In this document: positions 51,652-64,000 of the stretch, in pieces | Layout of the letters: every line of letters starts with the position of its first letter | Position numbering within the stretch: position 1 is the stretch's first letter | Source of the DNA: Bigelowiella natans CCMP2755 | Taxonomy: Eukaryota; Protista; Cercozoa | Direction: 5' to 3' | NCBI GenBank assembly: GCA_000320545.1 | Contig: ADNK01001115.1 | Location: 3,584 to 67,583, forward strand | Length of the DNA: 64,000 nucleotides | The notes under the pieces: generated by a model | What the model was told of the DNA's origin: nothing | What the model saw: the letters and a program-made list of their open reading frames with translations, nothing else | Databases searched by the model: none | Position numbers and translations under genes: made by a program

Positions 51652-52353
51652 ATAGTAGCGCACGAACAAGCTAGCAAGGACAATCGCAGTCACGCACACT
51701 GCACTCGAATGCCACGCTAGCTAGCTAGCACGTCTAGTAGACGTCCTAGCGGGCGGGCTAGCGGGACGTCGTCACATTCGGTGCCAGTATACCAGGCTAG
51801 CTAGCTAGTCCAGCAGTACGTTGTGCGCTCCCCACGTGCTATCTAGCTATCTAGCCATGCCGGCGCTAGCTAGCAGCGGCGGCTCATTGTGATCATGCAC
51901 ACGTACGCCCTAGACGCCACTACTAGTTAGCGTAGCTAGCTAGACTGCTAGACTGGCTAGCTGGACCATACTGGATGCACAATGTGACCGCGCTAGCGCA
52001 CCGCCTACACACCTAGACATTAGCAGCTACATATACGTACGTTGTCTAGATATTCTGTGCAGAGACATTGCCTGTCCTGTCTATAAGTCTAGTTGATCTT
52101 GATGATGCTTTGCTGCGCTCGTACATTATACATCAAAAGTCGCGATTGAATGCATAGCACAGATGACAGAACAACAGTGAAATCATGCAGAAGAGGCACT
52201 AACTGTAACTAATGAACATCGAACATTCAAATACTTCAACCCCATGCAAATATGGTGTATCGTATTGCAAGACATACCAATCAGCAAATGGCGCTTATGC
52301 ACGTTGCTGTCAGTCGAATCTCGGCAGTGGTAATATAGCATTTAGGATTCGCT

Positions 52354-55300
52354 TCATTTCGAAGCAGAAGATACCACCCCGTCCAATTTCATTTGAGAAG
52401 CCACTTTTTTTTGCTTCAGCATTGCAGGGTTTGTTTTGGATTGAAGACCCGCTGGGACAGAGAAGTTTCGAGGATCGATTGTGATTGACTTCGTCACATC
52501 ATCCGTTTTATATATTCCGACGAGTCTGTCTGCAAGTTCAAACATGTTGTTTCGGAGACTAATGATGACAAATTGAGCGTTTTTGGTCCTTTCCTTAATG
52601 TAGTTGGCGACTATGGAGACATTTTTGAAATCAAGCGCTGCATCAATTTCGTCCATAACATAGAGAGGAGTCGGTTTGAAGTGATGCAGAGCAAAAATTA
52701 AGGCAAGCGAACTCAATGTTTTCTCCCCTCCGGAGAGATTGTGAATATTCTTCCAGCTCTTCTTGGGTGGACGGACGCTGAATACAATTCCTTCTGAAAA
52801 CGGATCAAGGCTGTCGACAAGTTCAAGCTCGGCATCTCCTCCCAACGTTAGCATTTGATACATCTCCTTCAATTTCATGGTGATTGTAGAGAATCCAGCC
52901 ATGAATTCATCTAGTCTTTTCTTCCTTAATGAATCGTACTCATTTCGGACTCCATTTCGTTGAGCAGTAATCTGGTCTAGGTGGCCGACACGTTGGAGAT
53001 ATTCTGCATGCTTCTGACGATACTCGGAAATGGCACGCATGTCGGGTTTCATCTGCGAAAGACTTTCTTCAATAACGGTGACGTCAACTTTTAGCTTCTT
53101 CTGATCGAGATGCTCCAACTCCTCTTCTGTGAGCGGTACATAGTGTTGCGGTTGCACATCATCATTTTTATTCTCATCGTCAAACTGTCCCTCTTTTTGG
53201 TCCTCAGCATTATTAGAGTTTTGCTCCTTCTCTGCTGCAAGCTCAAACAGAAGGGAAGACTCTATCTTCTTCACAGTATCCTTCAGCATTTTGGCCCAGT
53301 GATTGGCCTTGTCAGTGTTGTCTTTAATGATTTTGTCATAGTCTTCCATTTGGTTGAGGATATCGACCTCGACCGTTCGGATATTTCCCAGTTCTGTTTG
53401 GAATTTCTTGTGCTTCTTTTCCATCTTATTGAGGGCTGCGTCGCGATCCTTCAATTCCTCCTTTGCTCTGTTGTATGCCTGGATAACCTCACAAGCATCA
53501 TCTTCAAGTTGCTTAGATTCCTCGATCAAGTTTTGCAAGCTGTCAATAGATGTTTCAAGTTCCTTCTCAGCCTTCTCGATCGCTTTCTGCGACTGGGCAA
53601 TTTTCTTTTTATTTGCTGCGCAAGTGACACTCACTTGCGTAAGGCGCTTTGTTGCCTTGTCAAGTTTCTTCACGATTTCATTTACTTTTGCGGTCTGGTC
53701 TCGAAGACGGGAGCCACCTGCCTCCATGATCTTTTGCTGTAATTCGTCAACTTGGCCCTGTAGCGACTTTGTTGCGTCTTGAGACTTCTTTAGTTTCCTA
53801 CTCACTCCCTCAATTACCTTTCCTAGCTCCTTAATTCTCGCCTCATCGGCAGGACTATTACTAAGTTGACCCTTCAAGGATTTTATTTGAGTATCTTTCG
53901 AGCTCAATTGAACTTCGAGTGTCTGTTTCTCCATTTCCAGTTTCTGTACCTTAGTAACAGCTTCATTATACTCGTTTTCGAGCTTTTCAATTTCGTTTCG
54001 TAGAGTTTCACACTCCTCTTTAGCTTTGGAGATGCTTTTCCCCAGAAAATGAAGATCCTTTTCCATATCTTTAACCGCAGCTGCGCTGTATTGTTGAGAA
54101 CAAGAAGCTTTCATCCCTCCACGGGCCACTTTGTTCCCTCCACCAGACATGGTTCCCGAAGTGTCAATTAATTCTCCAGCAAGAGTAACAACTCGCCATC
54201 TGCGCCTCTTATCATAGCCAATCTTTACTGCCTGATCTAAATTCGTAGCGACCAAAGTGTCTCTTAGAGCGTAGTAGAATGCAGGTTTGTATTTCTCATC
54301 TTGAGGTCGGACCAGATCGAACAGACGTTTCACACCGAGAGGGGGTTTGACAGGACGTCTCATGATATCGATCAACCCACTTTGCTTCTCTAAGATCAAG
54401 AATGTTGCCCTTCCCAGATTCTCCTTTCGTAGTAGTCGCACGCATCTTTCAGCAGTCTTGGTAGTATCAACTACGATGTGATTTAAAGCCCCGCAGGCAG
54501 TAGAGATAGCAACGTCATATTTTGCATCGATAGCCCCTAGATCCCCTAGCCGACCTTCAATTCCGGGAATTAAACCCCTCTGCTTCGCTTTCATGAGACC
54601 TTTCAGGACTGTTCCTTGAGACCTTTCTCGACTTGACTGTGCCTTTGCCTCTGAGAACTTGGAGCGGGCAGCATGATATTTCTTGCTGTGACTAGCAAGC
54701 TCTGCATCAACAGTTTGCATCCTGGACTTTTTCGATTTCAATTTTGTTTTGATATTATCGCAGCGGAGTTTTGTGCTCTTTAATGCACTCGTACAGGCTG
54801 ATATATCTTTCTGAATACGCTGCTTGCTCTCTTTCGCTTCTTCATATTGCTTGGTTGCCTTCTCAGTTTTATTAGTAAGAAGTTTTTGTTCGGATTCGGC
54901 AATGGTCTTTTCTTTCTGAATGTCGTTGATCTTTTTGCGCAATGGAACCAACTCCTTTTCCTTCGCTTCCATTTTAACACGTAAGTGTTCTGTTTTCCCC
55001 TTTACTTCCTCGAAGACCTCCTCAAGCACAGCATCCTCCTGATAGTTAGAGAAATTAAAGGAATGTTTCTCCGATATAACAAAGACTGACATCTTAGCAA
55101 TTATTTATCTCAACCTGCTTTTTGGCCTTGCTTAATTTCTCGATCTCTTTCTCAATTTTGGGTTTCTGCTTAGTCTCATCCTCAGATTGTTGCGTAAGCT
55201 GATCCAGCTTCCTCTTTTCACGCTTTATCTTACCCTCAAGTTTTCTCTTCTTCGCCTTTTCGTTCTTCTTATTCTCCTGAAATTGAATATCTTTCCTCTC

Positions 55301-56532
55301 ATAAGCTGCAAACTCCGCCTTGGTCTTCAGCATCGTTTTATTGGTCAAGTCATAATCCTTTTTGGCCTTATTGTATTCGTCTTCGATGTCCTTGAGCTCT
55401 GTAGTCCTATCCTCTAACTTTTTTCGCTCGTAGTCTAGCTTGGTGTTCAGACGCGTCTTTTTCTCTTCAACAGCAGCAATTTGCCTTTTGCTCTCAGTCT
55501 CATTCGATTGATACAGCTTAGCGCGCAGGATGTTTGCTTCGTTCTCCTTCAGCAGATATGCCTCTGCCTCCGCTTTGGCACCCTGATATCAAATTTTAAA
55601 GCATCAGGCTTACATTGTACTGATCTCAAAGAAAATCAGATACACACATCAAATAAATTCTCAAATCCGAATTGAATGTGCATTTAACATCACCTCTAAG
55701 TTCCCTTTTTCTTTTTCCACGATCTTAACCCGATTAAGTTTTTCTTGACGAACATCGTTTAAGGCCTCGACTTCTTTCTGCTTCTCTTCGATCGCTTCCA
55801 CGTACTGGTTGGATCCAATGATATCTTCCAGATATTCCAGGAGGCCATCTTCGTGAGGTGTCAACGCTTTTGGCTTCATCATGGAAATCTGTTCGACTTC
55901 ACCTTGTAGGATCAAGAACCGATTGTTGTCCAAATCTACTCCTTTCTTCTTCAGAAGGGTTGTGACTTCGGTAAAAGAGCTTGTCTTCTCATTAATATAA
56001 TATTTGGATTTACTCTCTTTATTAGCCGTCCTTGAGACGACGAATTCCGATCCAGGTACTACGTCAAATCCATCCGGCTTACCCTAATCCAACAGCAATA
56101 TTGATCTTATAAAATGTCCTGTCTGTCCGATTTATTAATCAGGTCTTACCTCAATGTCAATGATTTCATGGAAATGCACTGAGACTCTGCATTCTGGCAG
56201 ATCTTTGTGTTTGCTCGACCGATGGATGAGTTCGCTGATCTTTTTCAGCCTGATCTTACTCGCCCTCTTTCCGAAAACGAATAGAAGTGAATCGATTACG
56301 TTGGATTTTCCGCTTCCGTTCGGTCCCACGATCGATGAGAAGCACTGTAGTTATCAAATCATCACTTTTTTGCAATGCTCACTACGAGAAATAACCGCAC
56401 CTTGTGGAAAGGTCCAATAACCCTTTTGCCATAGTAAGATTTGAAATTTTCTAGAACCATCTTTTTTATCATGAGCCTAGGGGGAGCAGGACCGGAGCCA
56501 TCCGGCATGGCCTTGAATTCGTCGGCTGCCAT
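52354..56532 (-). CDS. SMC4: Condensin subunit SMC4
   Basis: RLMIKKMVLENFKSYYG..GPFHK|CFSSIVGPNGSGKSNVIDSLLFVFG; NNRFLILQGEVEQISMMKPK; hinge GRLGDLGAIDAKYDVAISTAC; LSGGEKTLSSLALIFALHHFKPTPLYVMDEIDAALD. Confidence 0.97.
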
Positions 56533-56642
56533 TTCCAACTGCAAGTGGGCTTTCACGTATAGATGGTTATATCTTACGACATAAATGTTTAGATGTCACA
56601 CATAGGAAATCCTCTATGTTTGCATGTTAAATGTGGTTAATT

Positions 56643-56693
56643 TTTGGCGGGTGTGCATTTGTTTTTGCCAGCAACGGTCTGCAAGGCGCCAAA
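56643..56693. promoter_or_regulatory. Two E2F-like sites in the divergent promoter upstream of SMC4
   Basis: TTTGGCGGG (56643-56651) and GGCGCCAAA (56685-56693; reverse complement TTTGGCGCC). Confidence 0.35.
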
Positions 56694-56934
56694 TTTTATA
56701 GAAATTATTTCTTCGGGTTATGAAATGGTGGAAATACATAAAGATTAGGTGAAACGACATCGGTATTCGAGCAGCTAGTAGTACTAAGAGGGCCCTGAAA
56801 TAGAAAAGGTGGCATGAATAAAATACAAGTCCTTTTACTCAAAGCGACATGGACGAATTTATCATAACTAGAACACACTCTATTTCGATAGCTGCTCGAG
56901 GGGAGCTCGAAGCTCATCGAGCCTCCCCTGTACA

Positions 56935-59853
56935 ATGGAAGACAGCCCACCAATCGGAAGTTGGATGGTGGTAGATGGGATTCTAGGTGGAGATGAAGGG
57001 CGTCCACCAATGGGTGGGTCTTTTGACTCCACTCATCGTGTTCCACATTCACCTTCGCTGTACTCTATGGGCGACTCTGAGGGTGTTCCCCCTACAAATC
57101 CTCCTTCACCGTCATCTTCTTCATCGTTCTCTGAATTCGACAAATGTTTGAACGAACTCGAAGCAGCCTGGGTACAATAATGGAAATCACATCTTTCATT
57201 CATAGATTTTAACTCGTCGGTGTTCATTGAAAGTGTTGTACAGCTCGGAAGTGACTGTATTTATTTATTTAGGCAAAGGCCTCCCGGACAAAAGGGATTG
57301 TCCCTATACCGGTATGGTCACCACGACCAATCACAAATATTCACAGCTCACACTGTTGATTTGTTTTCTAAGTTGTGGGAACGTGTCAAGATAAGATCTC
57401 GGGAGGGCTTCTTATCTCAAAATGAAACATCGCCACGTGGAGGATCGTCAAGCAACTCTCTTGGTAGAGATCTCTTTCTTCCCCCGAATCCCACATTTAA
57501 TAGGATCTTATCCATGAATTTAAAATAGGAGGATCCGGGCCATTGGTCTCTGAATTTTTCTTCGATAAGAACGCAAAAGTAGAAGCCAAGCAGCAACCTG
57601 TAAGCACGTACAAGTCAAGCTCAAAATCAAACAGTTCGAAGCTTGACGAGGGAGGAGGAGTCAGTATCGCCAGATCACACAATAGCAATATCCCTGCAGA
57701 TCCCCTAAATGGGATTGCTGATGAGCAACTGAACACCAAGATTAATATCAAGCACTCACCAGAATTTGCGGTGAGACTAACATTCATGAATAATCCTCCT
57801 TCTCGCACATATTATTCATCATATATACACACACACGATCGCACGAATGGCATCATAGATTAAGCTTATCGTCTTCTTGCTTTTCAAGAGCCGAACATAT
57901 ATTTTATATATATCTCCTCGCAGGAGCTATTTGGAGGTGATTCGTCTGCCGATGAGAACGCCGTTGATTCTCCTGCTGCAGTTCCCCCAGCAGGCTCGCT
58001 TGACTTCGAATGTAGGCGTATTAGCAACAAAAACAAGCCTGTCTTCCCAGGATTGTCGAATCCCGAATCGAGTGGGAGCCCGAACAGCAGTATAAACGCC
58101 AAAGATAGTCTGGCTTCGCCCCACCCCTTCTCACCGAACCTCGCAACCCGACATGGACGTACACAAACCAAAGACAACGGGGGCAGCGGCTGCAGTGTTA
58201 ACAGTAATGATTATAGCAAAAACAAAAATGAGGAAGGTGGTAACGACAGACCTGCCGCTGCTGCTGCTGGTGCTGCTACTGCCCCCGAGCAGCTTGAACC
58301 TCCTAAAAAATCTGTAGTGTCTGTCAAGAAGGGACGAAATCCCCGCCATTTACACTTGAAGTCGGGGGGAGCTCCCATTAAGCTTACCTTACTCTGCACC
58401 TCCTCGAATCTTGACAGCAGGCGCAAACGGCGAGAAAACTGGCGGAGATCTACATCGGTCAATTCTTGCAATTCCTCCTCCTCCTCCAATTCCCACCTTG
58501 CCTCAACACGTACGGCAGGAACGACGATGGCAAATCACGGAGAGGTGGGGGCAGGAGCTGCAGGGTCAACGTTAGTTTCCAACACGACAACGTCTAGCAG
58601 TGCGAAGGGGCCCACTAGCCGCAGTCGCAATAGTATTCTTCGCCGCATCCTACCGTCTTTCAATAGTCCGAAGAAAGTTCAAAGAGCAGCAGGTGGGGGG
58701 CGGACAGGAGAGGATGGTCAGGGAACTACCTCTACTACCAAGTCTAAAAGTAGCACCAGTACCGGGAGAAAGTCAGTCTTTTTCTTTCGCCGAGGAGCAT
58801 CCAAGAAGGATATAGCAGCAGCAGCAGCAGCAGAAGCTCATAGCGTTGGCGCTGGGAACAATGGTAGCAGCAGCAGCAGCAGCTCAAAGGACACACCCAG
58901 CGGTGCCTCGCAGAGCGGGCAGCGTGATGTAGAAATCGACAACGGGGAAGCTAGTAAAGAGAAAAAGAACAATAAACGGAGCCGCAAGGTGACTACTGAT
59001 GATGCCCGCCGCCGCCGCTGCTGCTTATATTGCTACTACCATTTGAGTGAGAGCAGCTAATAATAGCATTTTCACACACTGACGGTACTTATCCTCTTCT
59101 TCCCTCTGTGCTGTTTTCCACCTACTCGGGTGTGATGCTGGTTACCCCCCCGCTATTACATCACATCCAGAGCGTCTCAGGCTATGCATCGGTCTTGCGC
59201 AAAGTGATCGGCTTGCACGAAAGGCAAATCCGTCGACTCCAAAAGGTAGATGCACAGCCACATGAGGAACCCTACTCTCTCTTTTCCCCTGTTCGTTTGC
59301 TTTTGGAGAGGGGAAAGGCTAGAAGCAATCCAATGCTTCTACTCTAGGAAGGGCAGAAATCCTTTATATTGTATACTGTATATAATATATATATATATAT
59401 ATATATAGCATATATTATATCAACCGCCCCGCTTTTATTGACGAAATCTATACAGGAGAGGCGACGAGAGCAATCGCGACGACGCACAGAGTTGATGAAG
59501 TGGCAGCGGTGGGCACTGCCGGACCTCTATCGTATTTCTGATCTCCATTTCCACAGCATCATGGTAATTAAGCATAGATGCATGCACTTATCTACACTCC
59601 CTTCTTTACGGCCTCCCATATCTCCCTTCCCTTTTTCTCAACTCCACATCCCGCCATGTATGTGTCGTCGAGTGCCTATCTCTGCGAATTACGTATCACT
59701 GACCGTACGAATGGCGGGCTGCTGCTGATGTAGATGGAATTAACGGCAAGGCTACAAGTTCATTTCGCGTGCTGCGGGGTGTTAGAGAGAGAGAATCAAC
59801 TCATCCAACTAGCCCTCAACGGCGGTAGTACTCATTATGCGTGTATATGTTAG

Positions 59854-59888
<35 letters not shown>

Positions 59889-59929
59889 TTTATGTTTGTG
59901 TGTGTGTGTTATCCATCCATCGATGATGT

Positions 59930-59960
<31 letters not shown>

Positions 59961-62921
59961 AGGCCGTGCTCTGGACGCGAAGTCGTTTGCCGGCCGTATC
60001 AAGCTCAAGGGAAAGTAAATAATGCACGCACCACCCGTCCCCGTGGAACATACCGAACGTCGTCGTGTCCTTGTACCCATTATTCGACCAGAGAGTGAAA
60101 GCTTCAACGGCTGCGTTGTGTTGTGAGTCATCGACGATGAGTGTATCGTATCTTGCCATAACTAGCATATATAACCCTCCTCTCGCAGGGTGTCGTCTTC
60201 TGAGATTGAGAAGCTGCTGGGTCAGCACCAGACGGTTACTATCTGATGCCACCTACTACCAAACATGCACACTACTGCAGCCCATGTAGGTAGTAGAGTA
60301 CTGCTTCTAACTTCGTCTATATCTCTCCCCCTCCCTCCCTCTCCCCCCCCCCCTCTTGTTTTGCCCTTGCTTATACTCCCAAGGTAATGCGTCGGCGGTC
60401 GTTCCAGCAGAGGGCTGCATCAACACTGGCTCGCGTGCACACGATCTACGAGGCAATTCGACGACAGTGCTCGAGGCCATTCCGATCGAGGGAGCAGCAC
60501 CGTCGCCAGCGTCTTAGAGCTCTGGTGTCCTTCGGGTACTTACTATCTAGAAGAAGTGGTTTTGGAGAAGAAACGGGGAAGGGGGGGGGGGCACACTTGC
60601 TTAGCTTGCCTCACGACATTGTCTTCTTCCTCTCCATCCCTCTCCACTGCGAAAAGCTATAGTTCCGCGAATGCTTTGAAGAATTTCGGAGGGCGGAGTG
60701 CTGATGACCAGCCGGATTCGCCGACGTCGTCTTCATCGTCGGCCTCCTCCTCCTCCTCAATGTACTACCATGCTATGGACCCGACCGACCAAACCGAGTG
60801 AGTACTGCTGATGGCCGTGATGATGATCATGATGATGATGATGACGATGATAGTTGTGGTGAATGTGATTATGGTGATGTTGATGATGTTGGTCATTCTG
60901 CATGCACTTGAAGATGACTTTTACCCATCCGATCACCTGTTCACATACTTTCTCCCCCCCCCCCCCCTCCCCTTCCGTTCCCGAGTAGATATGAGGCCCT
61001 GATGCTTGACCAACGATCTCTGGAGGGAAAGTGAGACAAAGCACCACCCATAATCATCATAAAACCCTTTATCACAAACCGTCGAGAACCTCTCGCAGCG
61101 CCCCCCTCCCCCCCCCCTCTCCCGCTCTCTTCTTGATTCGGTTCTTCATATCTCATATAACTGTTGAAGGTTCATCTCCCGCATGGCGACCGTCTATTCC
61201 CCGTTGTCGAGCAGTCATCCTGCGGAAAGGACGCCTGAGCCGCCAGGATTCGTGGACACAGGGCTTCCGGGGTCCCTGGCCCTGAGAACAACGCAAGATG
61301 CTGCAGCTGCCAATGCTGACAATGCTGATGGTGGTGAGATTCACTCAAAATATATGACTGTTGCTGGTGATGGGGGTGGTAGTTGTGGTAGTGGTAGTAG
61401 TAGTAGTAGTAGTGGTAGTGACATGATGATTTTTTCGGATTCTTATTTACCTGTGCCTCCTTTCTCTCTCTCTCCCTCCTCGTCCTTTGTTCGATCATCT
61501 ACAGGCATGGATCACCAGCAGCATATGGGGCTATTCTCCTCTCCCAGAGAAGCTGGTACAGATGATGATGATGATGATGATGATAATGTGATATGCAATT
61601 GTTCTACAATGAATTTGCCGATGTGTCCTAATTGATCAATAATGATCCCATACGAGATACTCTGCACTTATCGCCTTTGGAAATAGATGAGCGTATTGTT
61701 GTATCGTACATGGGAGTAGTAGAGACAAATTGTCTAATTAACGATATTGATGTTCTGCTGCTGTTGATGCTGCTACTGCTTACTGCTCTCCTCCTCCTCC
61801 TCCTCCTGCTGCTGCTGCTACTGCTGCTACGGGGATGACAATCAAACAAATACAGATGACAGTAAGGAGAATGCAAGCGGTCGGAGTAGCACCACTAGCG
61901 ACTCTGGGTTTAGAGGAACGTCAAATACCTCTACAAAAACAACTTCATCAGCAGTTGGCAAGGACCACTCGCATGAGTAAGGGGGGGGGGGGGAAGGTGA
62001 GGAGGAGGGCCGAGAGGGAGATATGACGAATTTACGTAGATACCGTGTATTAATGTTAGATGAATTTTTGAGCGTTAAAACCTAAAACTAGTGATGTATC
62101 GTCAAATTTTCTCTGAAATGCAGGTACAAGAAGATTCGCAGCTACATCGTGATGCAGGGCCTCCGAATAGCCTACGGTGCTGCTGCTGCTCGTGCGCGCT
62201 CTGTTCTATGTAGCGCGATGTGATTTGCTATCAGTACTTGGCACTGACGAGCATACCACCCGTTGTTGTCGTCGAAGTGATGATAACTAAATGCTGTGTT
62301 CATTATTATTTTTGTTGTTGTGATATGTTGTTTGGATGATAACAGGGAGCGAGGAGTATCCAAACTGTGCAGTGTCGTGCCTGGCGCTTTATGCAGACCG
62401 CATGCTGGTAGTAGAACTTATTCCAGTAGTGACAGCAGTAGTAGTAGTAGATCGACAAATCATCGAAACGATAGGAAGTGCGAGCGACAGTGTTATACTG
62501 CTGCTACGATCTCTGAACCGCCGTCAGCAACAGGCTAATGGAAAATATTCCATAAGCAGCTTGCACATTTCCGCATGATCTCGTCTTCTTCGCCCCCCTC
62601 CCTGACACTACTACAACATGTTACTACTACTCCTCCTCCTCCCTGTTTGCGAAAAACAGGTTCCGTTGCTCCGACCCCTTCTGAAGTTAGCGAAGAAACA
62701 GGACGAAATTGTCAGCCTGCAATTCTTTTTGTCCCTTCCCCTCTCCTCCTCCCCCCCCTCCTCCTCCTCCTCCTCCTCCTCATCCTCTACGGAATTCCGG
62801 ACCCCCAGAAAGTGGCGGAGGGGAGGGGAGGGGAGGGGTCACAAATGTTTGATACGCACACGATCACTTATTTTAAGTGGTCTGATGACGCCACACAAAA
62901 GCACAGCAGAGAAGCACGCAC

Positions 62922-62956
<35 letters not shown>

Positions 62957-63946
62957 TGTGCATTGACATCATCATTTTATCTCTATTATTCCGGTGCTCC
63001 GTCTGGTCTCCTGCTGTTTCGTGTCGGTTGCCTCCTCCTCCTCCTGATATAGGATGCAGATATGCGTTTCTGTAAGTTTGTTCGGTGGGCGAGGAACATG
63101 ACAACACCTGCCCAAGTAAGTATACCTACTACTGTAGAAGAGCGAGCCGTGATGACGACGTGGCAGCGCTTTCAATAGAGAGCCATCGATACATCATTCA
63201 TCATCGATTCATAACCTATGCATACTTACAGAGCACGCATCTCTTCATAACTGGCATTATTTTCGTGAGAGGGAAAGAGGGGGGGGGGGGATTGTATCCC
63301 TATCGAAATGATCCATTCCATCATTCCTATTATCGATCACCGTCATCATCAATAACTACGCATCAGTTCGGTATTTTGGCCAAGTTTTGCCCCGAGGGCT
63401 ACCACAATCGCAGCCAAAGTGGAGAGAGAACAGGGGCGAGAAGACGTCGTCGGAAATATGGTTGCGGTGGCAGCGAAGACAACGGTAACAACATCTTCGT
63501 CAGCAGCAGCAGCAGCAACAACAAAAACAAAAACGGGAAGAAGAACAGTCGGCTCTTGTTCGAGATTTATCCCAAATCTGTCCGCGTTCTCTCCAGTATT
63601 CAATCGGTGAGCAAATCAATAAAATCCTCATCGTCGTCATCGTCAATATGATGATGATGATGATCATCATCATCTTCATCATCATCATCATCATCATCTT
63701 CATCATCATCATCATCATCCTCATCATCATCCTCATCATCATCGCAGAACGAGTAATCTGCTACTTGTGTTGTTACTTGTGTTGTTGTATTTGACGACGC
63801 ATTCACGTTGATTCCCCATTTGGTAGTCTCGCAGTCCCACAGATGCGTTGCGTTGTTTGCTGGAGACGGTTACGACTGTCAGAGAAGAGGCAGAGAGGTA
63901 TTACTACCACAACAAAACCTTACATTCACACTTTAACTATATAAAT

Positions 63947-63995
<49 letters not shown>

Positions 63996-64000
63996 CATAA
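56935..64000 (+). CDS. Large multi-exon protein with a disordered N-terminus and probable VPS9 (Rab5 GEF) domain beginning at the window end; 3' truncated
   Basis: GT-AG exon chain from MEDSPPIGSW. Late exons LLRPLLKLAKKQDEIV, FGILAKFCP, IYPKSVRVLSSIQS|SRSPTDALRCLLET resemble the helical bundle and start of VPS9 (Y..A...L..I....SP..KL.C). Confidence 0.55.

Noticed and set aside
1-64000. rRNA, tRNA, CRISPR arrays, autonomous transposons
   Set aside because: No such signatures (cloverleaf, repeat-spacer array, RT/transposase motifs) seen by eye; a covariance-model scan was not possible

Overview
Gene-dense, intron-rich eukaryotic nuclear DNA with GT-AG spliceosomal introns (many filled with microsatellites) and the standard genetic code. 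A flagellar gene (CFAP61) plus a thioredoxin with a signal peptide and transit-peptide-like leader suggest a flagellated alga with a secondary plastid, possibly a chlorarachniophyte (inference). I can reconstruct 14 genes by eye: NOP56 (partial), a 2-TM orphan, CFAP61, a PrsW-like protein, a membrane-anchored A1 aspartic protease, a multidomain DNA ligase, eIF2A, a plastid thioredoxin, PXMP4, an HSL-family esterase, a DCAF4-like WD40 protein, a cysteine desulfurase-TtcA fusion, SMC4 and a probable VPS9-domain protein (partial). Four highlights: (1) a WGR-UBA-SAM-BRCT-SWIM protein ending in a minimal bacterial-type ATP-dependent DNA ligase; (2) an apparent single-chain PLP cysteine desulfurase plus TtcA-type tRNA thiolase; (3) a ~90-bp two-hairpin element repeated only in convergent intergenic gaps; (4) every gene 3' flank, but no promoter, is rich in TGCA/CATG/CTAG/AGCT. 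Exon boundaries were inferred manually and no database search was run.
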